Positions 18,841 to 27,043 of a DNA stretch of 64,000 nucleotides are shown here, piece after piece. The stretch's first letter is position 1; each line of letters starts with the position of its first letter. The DNA is from Streptosporangiaceae bacterium (lineage in GTDB: Bacteria; Actinomycetota; Actinomycetes; Streptosporangiales; Streptosporangiaceae): positions 46,774 through 110,773 of the forward strand of contig DASXDJ010000134.1 of assembly GCA_036490755.1 (NCBI GenBank), given 5' to 3'. Position numbers and translations under genes: made by a program. The notes under the pieces are model-generated. The model did not search any database and was not told the DNA's origin. It saw nothing but the letters and a program-made list of their open reading frames with translations.

Positions 18841-20000
18841 TGCCCGGCGCCGCGGCCATCGCCGGGATCGGGGCCACCGAGTTCTCCAAGGACTCCGGCC
18901 GCAGCGAGCTGCGGCTCGCCGCCGAGGCCACCCTGGCTGCCCTTGCTGACGCCGGGCTGCGCCCGGCCGACGTGGACGGCCTGGTGACGTTCACCATGGA
19001 TGCGATCGCCGAGATCGCGCTGGCCCGCGAGCTGGGCCTCGGCGAGCTGCGGTTTTTCAGCCAGGTCGGCTACGGCGGCGGCGCGGCCTGCGCCACCGTG
19101 CAGCAGGCGGCCATGGCCGTGACATCCGGCATCGCCGAGGTCGTCGTCTGCTACCGGGCGCTGAACGAGCGGTCCGGCCACCGCTTCGGCCAGGTGTCCC
19201 GGGCCGCGGTCGCCGCGCCCACCTCCGGCGGCATCGACAACGGCTGGCACTACCCGATGGGCCTGGGCACCCCGGCCGCCACGGTGGCGATGATCGCCCG
19301 CCGGTACATGCACGAGTACGGCGCGACCAGCGAGGACTTCGGCACCGTCACCGTGGCCGACCGCCGGCACGCAGCGGTCAACCCGGCGGCCTGGTTCTAC
19401 CAGCGGCCGGTGACCCTGGCCGAGCACCAGGCGTCGCGCTGGATCGCCGAGCCGCTGCGGCTGCTGGACTGCTGCCAGGAAAGCGACGGCGCCGTCGCCG
19501 TCGTGGTGACCAGTGCCGAGCGAGCCCGTGACCTGCGCCAGCCGCCCGCCGTCATCCGTGCCGCCGCGCAGGGCAGCGCCCCCGGCCAGTACGTCATGAC
19601 CAGCTACTACCGCGACGAGCTCGGCCTGCCCGAGATGGGCGTGGTGGCCCGGCAGCTGTGGCGTCAGGCTGGGGTTGGCCCGGCCGAGGTCCGGACGGCG
19701 GTGCTGTATGACCACTTCACGCCGTACGTGCTGCTGCAGCTGGAGGAACTGGGCTTCTGCCCGCGCGGCGAGGCCCGGCAGTTCATCGCCGGCGGCGCCA
19801 TCGAAGTGGGCGGCAGGCTGCCGCTGAACACCCACGGCGGCCAGCTCGGCGAGGCCTACATTCACGGCATGAACGGCATCGCCGAGGGTGTCCGGCAGGT
19901 CCGCGGGACTTCGGTCAACCAGGTTCCGGGCGACGGCCCGGTACTCGTCACCGCAGGCACGGGCGTCCCCACCAGCGCGCTCCTGCTCGGCTCGGCCTGA
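18837..20000 (+). CDS. ltp2: Thiolase-fold retro-aldolase / lipid-transfer protein (Ltp2-like)
   Basis: ATGA overlap with chsH1. AIAGIGATEFSKDSGRSEL...LNTHGGQLGEAYIHGMNG has the SCP-x-type thiolase-like layout. Confidence 0.8.
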   Translation: MMPGAAAIAGIGATEFSKDSGRSELRLAAEATLAALADAGLRPADVDGLVTFTMDAIAEIALARELGLGELRFFSQVGYGGGAACATVQQAAMAVTSGIAEVVVCYRALNERSGHRFGQVSRAAVAAPTSGGIDNGWHYPMGLGTPAATVAMIARRYMHEYGATSEDFGTVTVADRRHAAVNPAAWFYQRPVTLAEHQASRWIAEPLRLLDCCQESDGAVAVVVTSAERARDLRQPPAVIRAAAQGSAPGQYVMTSYYRDELGLPEMGVVARQLWRQAGVGPAEVRTAVLYDHFTPYVLLQLEELGFCPRGEARQFIAGGAIEVGGRLPLNTHGGQLGEAYIHGMNGIAEGVRQVRGTSVNQVPGDGPVLVTAGTGVPTSALLLGSA

Positions 20001-20112
20001 GTATGGCCGCGGGCACTCGCCGCTGATGTCTCTGCCTGCCGTCGCAGCTGAGCAAGTCTCCTATCCTGGCGTCTGCCTGTATCGCAGGGCTCGGCCGACG
20101 CATGATGAGCGC

Positions 20113-20595
20113 ATGAGACGATCCCTGGCAGCTGTCCCCGTCGCCCTGTTAGCTTCCGCCGCCCTGGTATTCGGTGCCGTTATCCCGGCCAGCGCGCACG
20201 CCTCGCCTGCCGCAGCACGGCGGCATGCGATCGTGATCAAGGAGATCTTCTACAACTCACCCGGGTCTGACCACGGATCAAACAAGAGCCTGAACGCCGA
20301 GTGGGTGAAGCTGTACAACCGCAGCGGCCAGCCCGTGCACCTGACCGGGTGGACCTTGCGCGACGCGTCGCACCACGTCTACACGTTCGGGACCTTCATC
20401 CTGCGGTCGAAGAAGTCGGTGATGGTGCACACCGGCCGAGGCCACGACACCCGCTCCAGCGTGTTCCAGGGCCGCCGGGCCTACGTGTGGAACAACAACG
20501 GCGACCGGGCCGTGCTCAGGAAGGCCAGCGGCCTGTTCCGGGATAGCTGCTCCTACTCGGACCCGCACGAGCAGTCGTCCTCGAAGGGCTGCTAG
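20113..20595 (+). CDS. Secreted lamin-tail-domain (LTD) protein
   Basis: A signal peptide (MRRSLAAVPVALLASAALVFGAVIPASAHA) is followed by IKEIFYNSPGSD...EWVKLYNRSGQPVHLTGWTLRD...WNNNGDRAVL, which is the LTD signature. Confidence 0.7.
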   Translation: MRRSLAAVPVALLASAALVFGAVIPASAHASPAAARRHAIVIKEIFYNSPGSDHGSNKSLNAEWVKLYNRSGQPVHLTGWTLRDASHHVYTFGTFILRSKKSVMVHTGRGHDTRSSVFQGRRAYVWNNNGDRAVLRKASGLFRDSCSYSDPHEQSSSKGC

Positions 20596-20669
20596 GAGCG
20601 GAGCTGGCCGTCTTGACTAGTCGCGGGCGGACGACGGGGTCTAGCGCACGGCCGCTCGACTGATGCTGG

Positions 20670-21119
20670 CTAATCTCCAGCTCGCCACGTGATGACCATG
20701 ACGTCCAGCCCGGGGATCCGGGTGAAGTGTCGTGCATTAGCTGTGCCGACGCGCCACCCGGCTGTGACAGCGGTGGCCGCGACAAGCCGGTCGTGGGCTC
20801 CTACATCCGTCCCTGATGACGCCAGGGCTGCCCGGAGCCGTGCATGTGCGCGTGCGGTAATCAGGTCGAATGGGAACGGCGGGAACGCAGCCAGCACACC
20901 TTCGACGAATGCTTCTCGCCGGGCGCGGTGCTCCGGTGTTGCCCGGTGCACTCCGTGCAGGAGTTCTGACGCCGTAATGGCAGCGATGCCCACCTCTTCG
21001 GCGGGTCCGAGCTGGTCCATCAGGCGCTCGGCGACCTCGTTCATCGCGCCAGCACCGGGCACGCGGCGGATGGCGCGCTCGAGCTCGATGAACACGGTCG
21101 TGTCTAGGAGGGTGCCCAT
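20670..21119 (-). CDS. vapC: PIN-domain toxin VapC
   Basis: LLDTTVFIELER...ITASELLHG...DLITARAHA...GAHDRLVAATAV...TANARHF carries the PIN acidic residues in the canonical order. Confidence 0.85.
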   Translation of the reverse strand: MGTLLDTTVFIELERAIRRVPGAGAMNEVAERLMDQLGPAEEVGIAAITASELLHGVHRATPEHRARREAFVEGVLAAFPPFPFDLITARAHARLRAALASSGTDVGAHDRLVAATAVTAGWRVGTANARHFTRIPGLDVMVITWRAGD

Positions 21120-21391
21120 GGATCATCCGGGGACGGCCCGACTTCACCGAGCACGGCCTCCATATCCTCGACAAAGTCAGGATCGGGCGATGCTGCGTTG
21201 GCCAGCATGTCCAGGGCTTCGCGTAGCGGCTTCCCGCGGCGGGACGGCCGAGGGCTCACAGCGCGGTCGTCTGGGTGGACGATGACGTAGGCCGGCCGCT
21301 CACGGTTGACTACGACTACCTGTTCGTGACGGGCGACCGCTTCGCGGGCCCGGCGCGGGATGCGGACCTCGTCTGCGCGGATCGTGGTCAT
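21104..21391 (-). CDS. vapB: Type II antitoxin (VapB-type, Phd/YefM-like N-terminus)
   Basis: A 95-aa ORF overlapping vapC by 16 nt. The N-terminus resembles an antitoxin (HEQVVVVNRERPAYVIV) and the tail is acidic. Confidence 0.7.
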   Translation of the reverse strand: MTTIRADEVRIPRRAREAVARHEQVVVVNRERPAYVIVHPDDRAVSPRPSRRGKPLREALDMLANAASPDPDFVEDMEAVLGEVGPSPDDPWAPS

Positions 21392-21439
21392 AGCATGAGC
21401 ATATCATGCTTCCGTACGGAAGTGTACGGAACCGTACGG
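21392..21439. promoter_or_regulatory. Probable vapBC operator/promoter
   Basis: Directly upstream of vapB there is a palindrome AGCATGagcatatCATGCT and a 12-bp perfect palindrome TTCCGTACGGAA. GTACGG recurs three times at exactly 10-bp spacing (21414, 21424, 21434). Confidence 0.45.
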
Positions 21440-21688
21440 CGGCTGTCATTTGCGGAGCACTGCGCGGCCGGGATCCCTCAGGGGATGGCCCGCTCACCGA
21501 CCACTCCTTGACCGTGGTCAGGTGCGAGATCAGGCTCCACAGCCGCTTCCACGCCTTGCCCAGCGCCTTCTTGATGGAGGTGAGGACCGGCGATGCCCCG
21601 GCTTGCCAGGCCGCGGCCGGCATAACGCCGGCGGAGCGCGCCGCGCGGGCGCCTGCGAGGCGGCTCATGCCGGGGATGGAGGGCTGCC

Positions 21689-21713
21689 CCCGGCCCGGGC
21701 CGCCCGGGCCGGG
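21689..21713 (-). terminator. GC-rich hairpin downstream of the lipoprotein gene
   Basis: CCCGGCCCGGG-ccg-CCCGGGCCGGG forms a perfect 11-bp stem, 10 nt after the stop at 21723. There is no U-tract, as is common in actinomycetes. Confidence 0.45.
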
Positions 21714-21722
21714 AGCAGCTGG

Positions 21723-23087
21723 TCAGCCCGTCACGCGGGCGTAGGGGATGGCAGCGGCGGGCGCCGCGACGGTGAGGGACCGGCCCCAGCTGCCGAGCTG
21801 CACCGTCTGGCTGTTGCCGTTCGCCGTGGTCGTCTCGCTGACCGGCAGCGGCTTACTGCCGGCGGTCAGGATGAGCCGCTCGGAGATCTGGCTGCCGGAT
21901 CCGCTGGCCGTGGTCTGCCAGTCCAGGACGTAGACCTTGCGGCCGGACATGGTGGCCGTCCGCAGGCGCGCGGTATCGGAGGCGGCGGGCAGGATGCTGG
22001 CGGGCAGCGCGGCGATGGTGTCCTCGGCCGCGAGGTCGGAGTACTCGGCGGCGCCCTTCCGGATGGCCACCCACCGCGACCCGGCCTTGCTTGCGGCCGC
22101 CCGGGGCAGGCCGATGAACGTGGTCAGGCCGGCCGGGTTGCCGGCGAAGTAGGCCGTGGAACGCGTCACCCGGATCCGCGCGGACGCGGCCCCGGACGTG
22201 ATGGTCTCCGAGCCGGCGGCGGTGCCGATGTTGGCGACGATCCGCTCGGCCACCGCGCTGCTGCCGGGCTTGTGCCCGGTGATGACGATGTGCACGCTCT
22301 TCGCGGCCACGATCGCGTCGCTGGCCGCGGCGACGACCGAGGCCTGCGCCGCCTTGCTCGCCTCGGCCGGAGTCAGCGCCGGGACGGGCAGCTTCCAGCT
22401 GCGCAGCAGCTCATTCAGGCTGGTCCGGGCGCTCACCGGGCCGCTGATGTGAGTGACGGCGTACCAGTACAGATTCCCGGCCGCCGCCGCGGCGGCGGGC
22501 ACAGCGTGCTGCTGCCCGTAGCTGTAGAGGAAGAAGATCAGCGGGGCGCAGGCGATCAGCTGCCCGGACTCGGCGGCCTGCGACTGCGCGCCGGCCGCCG
22601 CGGCGCCACCGGTACCCGAGGCGCACTCACGCAGGATCGGCTTCCACGACTGCCCGGAGTACTGAACGTCCTGGACGGAGAACGTGCTGATGCCCGGGTG
22701 CGCCCGGTACAGGGCGCTCACCGCCTGCTCGGTCTGCGGCAGCGAGGCCGTCTGCCGGGTCAGGAACACTTTCCCCGGTGACGGCGCGGCAGCGGGCCCG
22801 CCCGAGCCGCAGCCGCCCAGCGCCGCAGCGGCCAGCGCCGCCAGCGCGCCGCCCGCTACCAGCCGAGCCGTGCGCGAGGCGCCCCGCGAGAACGCCCGCG
22901 GGCCGGGCGAGACCGCCCGCAGGCCAGGCGAGACCGCCCGCAGGCCAGGCGAGACCGCCCGCAGGCCAGGCGAGACTGCCCGCGAGGCGGGCAGGCCAGG
23001 CCGGGAGACGGCCCGCGGCCGCCGCGGGGGGCAAGCCCCCGCGGCGGCCCGGCCGCGCCGGCGATCAGGAGCCGGCGCTGCGATCAC
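21723..23087 (-). CDS. Lipoprotein of unknown function with a repeat-containing N-terminal extension
   Basis: Lipobox ...LAALAAAALGGC-GSGG, then a protein-like mature domain. There is no ATG/GTG/TTG between the lipobox and GTG 23087, which overlaps the GH3 stop (GTGA). Confidence 0.6.
   Translation of the reverse strand: MIAAPAPDRRRGRAAAGACPPRRPRAVSRPGLPASRAVSPGLRAVSPGLRAVSPGLRAVSPGPRAFSRGASRTARLVAGGALAALAAAALGGCGSGGPAAAPSPGKVFLTRQTASLPQTEQAVSALYRAHPGISTFSVQDVQYSGQSWKPILRECASGTGGAAAAGAQSQAAESGQLIACAPLIFFLYSYGQQHAVPAAAAAAGNLYWYAVTHISGPVSARTSLNELLRSWKLPVPALTPAEASKAAQASVVAAASDAIVAAKSVHIVITGHKPGSSAVAERIVANIGTAAGSETITSGAASARIRVTRSTAYFAGNPAGLTTFIGLPRAAASKAGSRWVAIRKGAAEYSDLAAEDTIAALPASILPAASDTARLRTATMSGRKVYVLDWQTTASGSGSQISERLILTAGSKPLPVSETTTANGNSQTVQLGSWGRSLTVAAPAAAIPYARVTG
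22889..22993. repeat. 21-bp tandem repeat (about 5 copies, 3 perfect)
   Basis: GAGACCGCCCGCAGGCCAGGC occurs at 22910, 22931 and 22952, with degenerate copies at 22889 and 22973. On the minus strand it encodes the heptad (G/P)LRAVSP repeated. Confidence 0.85.
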
Positions 23088-26000
23088 GTGCTGCACTGTC
23101 CTTCCGTGCGGCCCTTCACCTTGTTGCCGGACGCGGCGACGGAGCCGCTGCCGGCGCAGGTGAGGCTGCCGCCGATCGTGTTGCCGGTGATGGTGTTGCC
23201 GGAGGATGCGTTCTGCGTGAAGGAGACGCTGCCCTTGACGGTGTTGCCGCCGCACAGCCCGAGGTTCCACGGCGCGGACCGGGAACTGCCGTGCAGGACG
23301 AGGTTGCCGTTGATGGTGGAGTTGCACACGACGTTGGCGCCGGAGCTCAGCGGGTCATCCGCGGCGCGGACGTTGCTGATCACCAGGCTGCCGCCGATGG
23401 TGGACCCGGCGATCCGCACGCCGGACCCGCTGACCAGCAGGTTTCCGGCCACCGAGGTGTCGACCAGGTCGCACCAGGCGCCGTTGGGCACGGTGAGGTT
23501 GCCCTGCACCATCGCGGCGCTGAGCTGCTCGTTGTCACAGCTGATGCTGCCCGTGGCCGGGATGGAGACCGTGGCGCGCAGCGGGAGGCTGGACGTCGCG
23601 TCGGCGTCGCCGGCGTAGACGGTCCGGCTGCCCGCAGCCGTGATCCACTGCTGCTTGCCCGCTGACCAGTACTGCAGCTGGCGCAGCGGCACGGTCATGG
23701 TGACGTTCGCGGACTGGCCCGGCGCCAGCGTGACCCGGCCGAACTGGGACAGCTGGCGGACGGCGAACTGGATGCCCGCCGGCTGGCTGCCCGGCGCGCC
23801 CAGGTAGACCTGCGGGACCGCGCTGCCGCTGTCCCGGCCGGTGTTGGTGACCCGGACGCTGACGTTCAGCCCGCCGTCGCTGGTGCGGCTGACGTGCAGG
23901 CCGGAGTAGGCGAAGCGGGCGTAGGACAGGCCCCAGCCGAACGGGAACAGCGGGGTGATGCCCTCCTTGTCGAAGAACCGGTAGCCGTTGTAGATGCCCT
24001 CGGTCTCGTCGGTTGTCCCGTTCGGCCCGTTGTTCAGCCGCTCCAGATGCGGGCCGGTCGTGTCGCCGGGGTAGAGGGGAGCGGTCTCGTTGTAGCCCCA
24101 GAGCGTGTCGGTGGCGTTCGCCGGCCAGGTGATGTCGGTGTGCCCGCCCGGGTTGGCCAGGCCCAGCAGCAGCCGCGCCGTCGACGTGCCGCCCTCCTCA
24201 CCGGAGAACCACATTTCCAGCACCGACCTGACGCTGCCGATCCACGGCATCAGCACCGGGTTGGTGGTGTTGAGCACCACCACCGTGTTCGGGTTGGCCG
24301 CGGCGACCGCCTCGACCAGCTGGGTGCTGGCCGCGGACAGCTGCTCGGGCGCCGAGATCGTCGCGGGCGTCGTGCCGTACGGGTTGGGGATGGTGGTGGT
24401 GGCGCCGTTGTCGTTGAGGAACACCACGGCCAGCTTCTTGCCCCTGGCCGCGGCCGCCGCGTCGGCGATGTCGCCGCTGGCGCGTGAGTAGGCGAACCGG
24501 AAACTGGCCGGCCCGCCGGTGTCATTGCTGAAGGTGATCGTGACCTGGTGATAGGTCCCGCCGGTCAGCGTGGCCGCGGAGGTCGCCTCGTTGGTCAGCC
24601 CGGCCTCGGTATAGCCGGTGTCGGTCGGGGTGCCCTGAATCGACGCGCTGTGCGCCCCGGTCACGCCGGTGCCGTACACGTCGGCCGGCGCGCCCAGCTT
24701 CTGGGCCGCGCCGTCCAGGCTGAAGGTGACGCCGGAGGCGGGCACGCCGGAAGAGAACTGGAACCGGAAGGTGTAGCTGTCGGTCGTCGGCACATACACG
24801 TCCCCCGTCCAGGTGTAGTCGCCGGCCGCGAGCTGCCCCTGGCCGGAGGCGGTGGTGAAGTTGAGCGACGAGTCGGTGGACGGGGAGCCCGGCCCGGTGG
24901 TGCGGTCCAGGTGCCCGGTTACCGACGAAGTCGAGTCCGACAGCGCTGAGGACGGCACCGGCTCGCCGGACGGCGAGCTGGCCGGCACGTAGCTGAAGGC
25001 ACCCGGATCGCCGCTGAACTGCTTGAGCTGCTCCAGCGGGCTGATCGCGTCGCGGTCGGCGTAGCCCACCGAGGCCTCACCGGTCGGGTCGGCGATGGTG
25101 TACTCGGCGCCCGGCCCGGTGACCAGGATCCCGCCGTGCAGGTCGCTGCTGGTGAGCGGCAGCGCGCTGCTGTCGTTCTTCAGCAGCACGGCGCCTTCCT
25201 CGGATTCCTTTTCCACCACGGCCTCATCGCCGCTCTTGGTGCCGAGGTCGGCTGCCGGGGTGGCAGCGCGGGCCGGGCCGGCCGGCAGCGGCGCGGTGCC
25301 GGTGCGGTCGCCCTTGATCCCGCCGGGATTGGTGCAGCTGGCGGCAGCGGGCGTCTGGTCGCAGCCCAGCATCCCGAACCGCTGCTCCTGGTAGAGCATG
25401 GTGGCCAGGGCCTGGTTGAACACCGACAGCGGGACCGAGCCGTTCTCCACGGCCTGGACCAGCGTGCAGCCGGTGGCCGGGCAGCCGGTGCCCGGAACGC
25501 CGGCCACGTGCACGGCACCGGGCGTGGCGCACGACTCGGCGTTACCCGAGGCGTCCGCGCAGGTGTCGCCGGTGGCGTCGAACGCGGACGGCGGGCCGCC
25601 GAAGCCGCCGCCGGAGGTGGTGGACAGGCTGTTGCTGTCGCTGAAGTAGCCGGTGGCGGTCGGCTGCTCCTGGTCCTCGCCCTGCTCGATGGCCGCGGTG
25701 GAGTGCGTCGCGGGGTAATCCGAGCCGACCATCGCGTCCGAGCCCCACAGGTCCCGCAGCGCGTAGGTCAGCGTGAGCGGCTGCTCGCAGGAGAAGTGCG
25801 ACTCATTCAGCGGCCAGGTCTGCGGGTTCTGCCCCGCTGCCGCGTACGGGCTGAGCGGCTCGGTGCTGCTCAGCGCGGGCACGGTGGACGGCAGCGTCGT
25901 CGCGGTGTCCTGCCAGATCTGGTACGAGCACATGGTCGCGGCGGCCCGGCCGTTGACGAATCCCGCCTCGTACGGGGTCAGGTAGATCTGGTGCAGGGCC

Positions 26001-26863
26001 TGGTCGGAGATCTGCGTGCTGGTGTTCTGGTTCTGCCCGTTGTAGACCGCGAAGTGCTTCATCTGGGACAGCGTGCCGGCGCCCTGGATGCCGTTGATCT
26101 GCGCCGCTACCGACTGGCCGCTGAGGTAGGGGTCCTCGCCGGTGGTGGTCAGGTTGCGGCCCCAGTTGGGCAGCCGGTCGATGTCGGTCTGCGGGCCGAA
26201 CAGGCCGGTCACCATGAGCTCACGGCTCTCGGTGCCCTCGGTCTGCCCCCACACGTTGGCCAGGTTCCGGTCGAAGGACGAGGCCAGGTTCATCAGCGTC
26301 GTGGGCCCGGTCGTCATCTCCGCGTTCGGGCCGGCGAAGGTGTTGACGCCCTGCGCGTCGGTCCAGCACGGCGGCATGATGCTCGGCGTCGTGCCGGTCG
26401 GCGCGGCCGTCGGGCCGACGTTGTTGCAGGTGGTGTTCGTGCCGCCGTGGAACAGGATGCTGGCGTTGGCCAGCTCGGCCTCGGTCGGCGGGTGGTCCGG
26501 CTCCAGCTGGGCGATGAGGCTCAGCACGACCGGGGTGTAGGGGGCGTCGGCGGCGACCGACGGGGAACTGGTGCCGGACGGGAGCTTCACCGGCAGCGCG
26601 TACGGCACGTCCGCGGGCGTGCCGTCGCGTCCGGCGATGCCCGGCGCGGTGGCTCCGGTGCGCGCGGCACCGGAGCGGGCGGCGGCCGGTGCCGCCGCGG
26701 CGGGCCGGGCCTGGCCGGCCACCGTGACGCTGGCCCCGGCCGGGGCCGCGGCGGTAGCCGCCAGCAGGACGGCGGCCGCGCCGGCGACCGACATGACAGG
26801 CAGGCGGGCCAGGAAACGTCCTGGCCTGGTAGGTGACGGGCGTGAATGTGGTCGGGTACCCAA
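23084..26863 (-). CDS. Secreted GH3 beta-glucosidase-like enzyme with a PA14 insert, Fn3-like domain and a C-terminal Gly/Asn/Ser-rich tail
   Basis: GH3 motifs (GPQTDIDRLPNWGRN..TGEDPYL; MCSYQ), a PA14-like segment (GDYTWTGDVYVPTTDSYTFRF), GWGLSYARF, and a signal-like N-terminus. Start is TTG 26863 or ATG 26794. Confidence 0.85.
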   Translation of the reverse strand: MGTRPHSRPSPTRPGRFLARLPVMSVAGAAAVLLAATAAAPAGASVTVAGQARPAAAAPAAARSGAARTGATAPGIAGRDGTPADVPYALPVKLPSGTSSPSVAADAPYTPVVLSLIAQLEPDHPPTEAELANASILFHGGTNTTCNNVGPTAAPTGTTPSIMPPCWTDAQGVNTFAGPNAEMTTGPTTLMNLASSFDRNLANVWGQTEGTESRELMVTGLFGPQTDIDRLPNWGRNLTTTGEDPYLSGQSVAAQINGIQGAGTLSQMKHFAVYNGQNQNTSTQISDQALHQIYLTPYEAGFVNGRAAATMCSYQIWQDTATTLPSTVPALSSTEPLSPYAAAGQNPQTWPLNESHFSCEQPLTLTYALRDLWGSDAMVGSDYPATHSTAAIEQGEDQEQPTATGYFSDSNSLSTTSGGGFGGPPSAFDATGDTCADASGNAESCATPGAVHVAGVPGTGCPATGCTLVQAVENGSVPLSVFNQALATMLYQEQRFGMLGCDQTPAAASCTNPGGIKGDRTGTAPLPAGPARAATPAADLGTKSGDEAVVEKESEEGAVLLKNDSSALPLTSSDLHGGILVTGPGAEYTIADPTGEASVGYADRDAISPLEQLKQFSGDPGAFSYVPASSPSGEPVPSSALSDSTSSVTGHLDRTTGPGSPSTDSSLNFTTASGQGQLAAGDYTWTGDVYVPTTDSYTFRFQFSSGVPASGVTFSLDGAAQKLGAPADVYGTGVTGAHSASIQGTPTDTGYTEAGLTNEATSAATLTGGTYHQVTITFSNDTGGPASFRFAYSRASGDIADAAAAARGKKLAVVFLNDNGATTTIPNPYGTTPATISAPEQLSAASTQLVEAVAAANPNTVVVLNTTNPVLMPWIGSVRSVLEMWFSGEEGGTSTARLLLGLANPGGHTDITWPANATDTLWGYNETAPLYPGDTTGPHLERLNNGPNGTTDETEGIYNGYRFFDKEGITPLFPFGWGLSYARFAYSGLHVSRTSDGGLNVSVRVTNTGRDSGSAVPQVYLGAPGSQPAGIQFAVRQLSQFGRVTLAPGQSANVTMTVPLRQLQYWSAGKQQWITAAGSRTVYAGDADATSSLPLRATVSIPATGSISCDNEQLSAAMVQGNLTVPNGAWCDLVDTSVAGNLLVSGSGVRIAGSTIGGSLVISNVRAADDPLSSGANVVCNSTINGNLVLHGSSRSAPWNLGLCGGNTVKGSVSFTQNASSGNTITGNTIGGSLTCAGSGSVAASGNKVKGRTEGQCST

Positions 26864-26920
26864 GGCGGCCTCATTCCCTCCAGCTGCGGGGGCTGCTAGC
26901 AGGAACGTAAAGGCGCGGCC

Positions 26921-26958
26921 GTTAACGAACCGAAAATGTTCCAGCGGGTTTTGTTAAC
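26921..26958. promoter_or_regulatory. AT-rich inverted repeat upstream of the GH3 gene (candidate operator)
   Basis: GTTAACGAACCG...CGGGTTTTGTTAAC: two GTTAAC hexamers in imperfect inverted arms, in the only AT-rich patch of the GH3 upstream region. Confidence 0.3.
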
Positions 26959-27043
26959 AGGACATAAACGGATCTCTGGCTGACGGCGCCCGCCGGCGTC
27001 CGGGACCGCGCCGCCGGTGCCGGGCCCGGCCGGCCGCGGGCCG

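Noticed and set aside
22889-22993. Tandem repeats considered as a CRISPR array (also 38541-38585)
   Set aside because: The units are only 21 bp and about 12 bp long, they are contiguous with no spacers, one array lies inside a CDS, and no cas genes are present.
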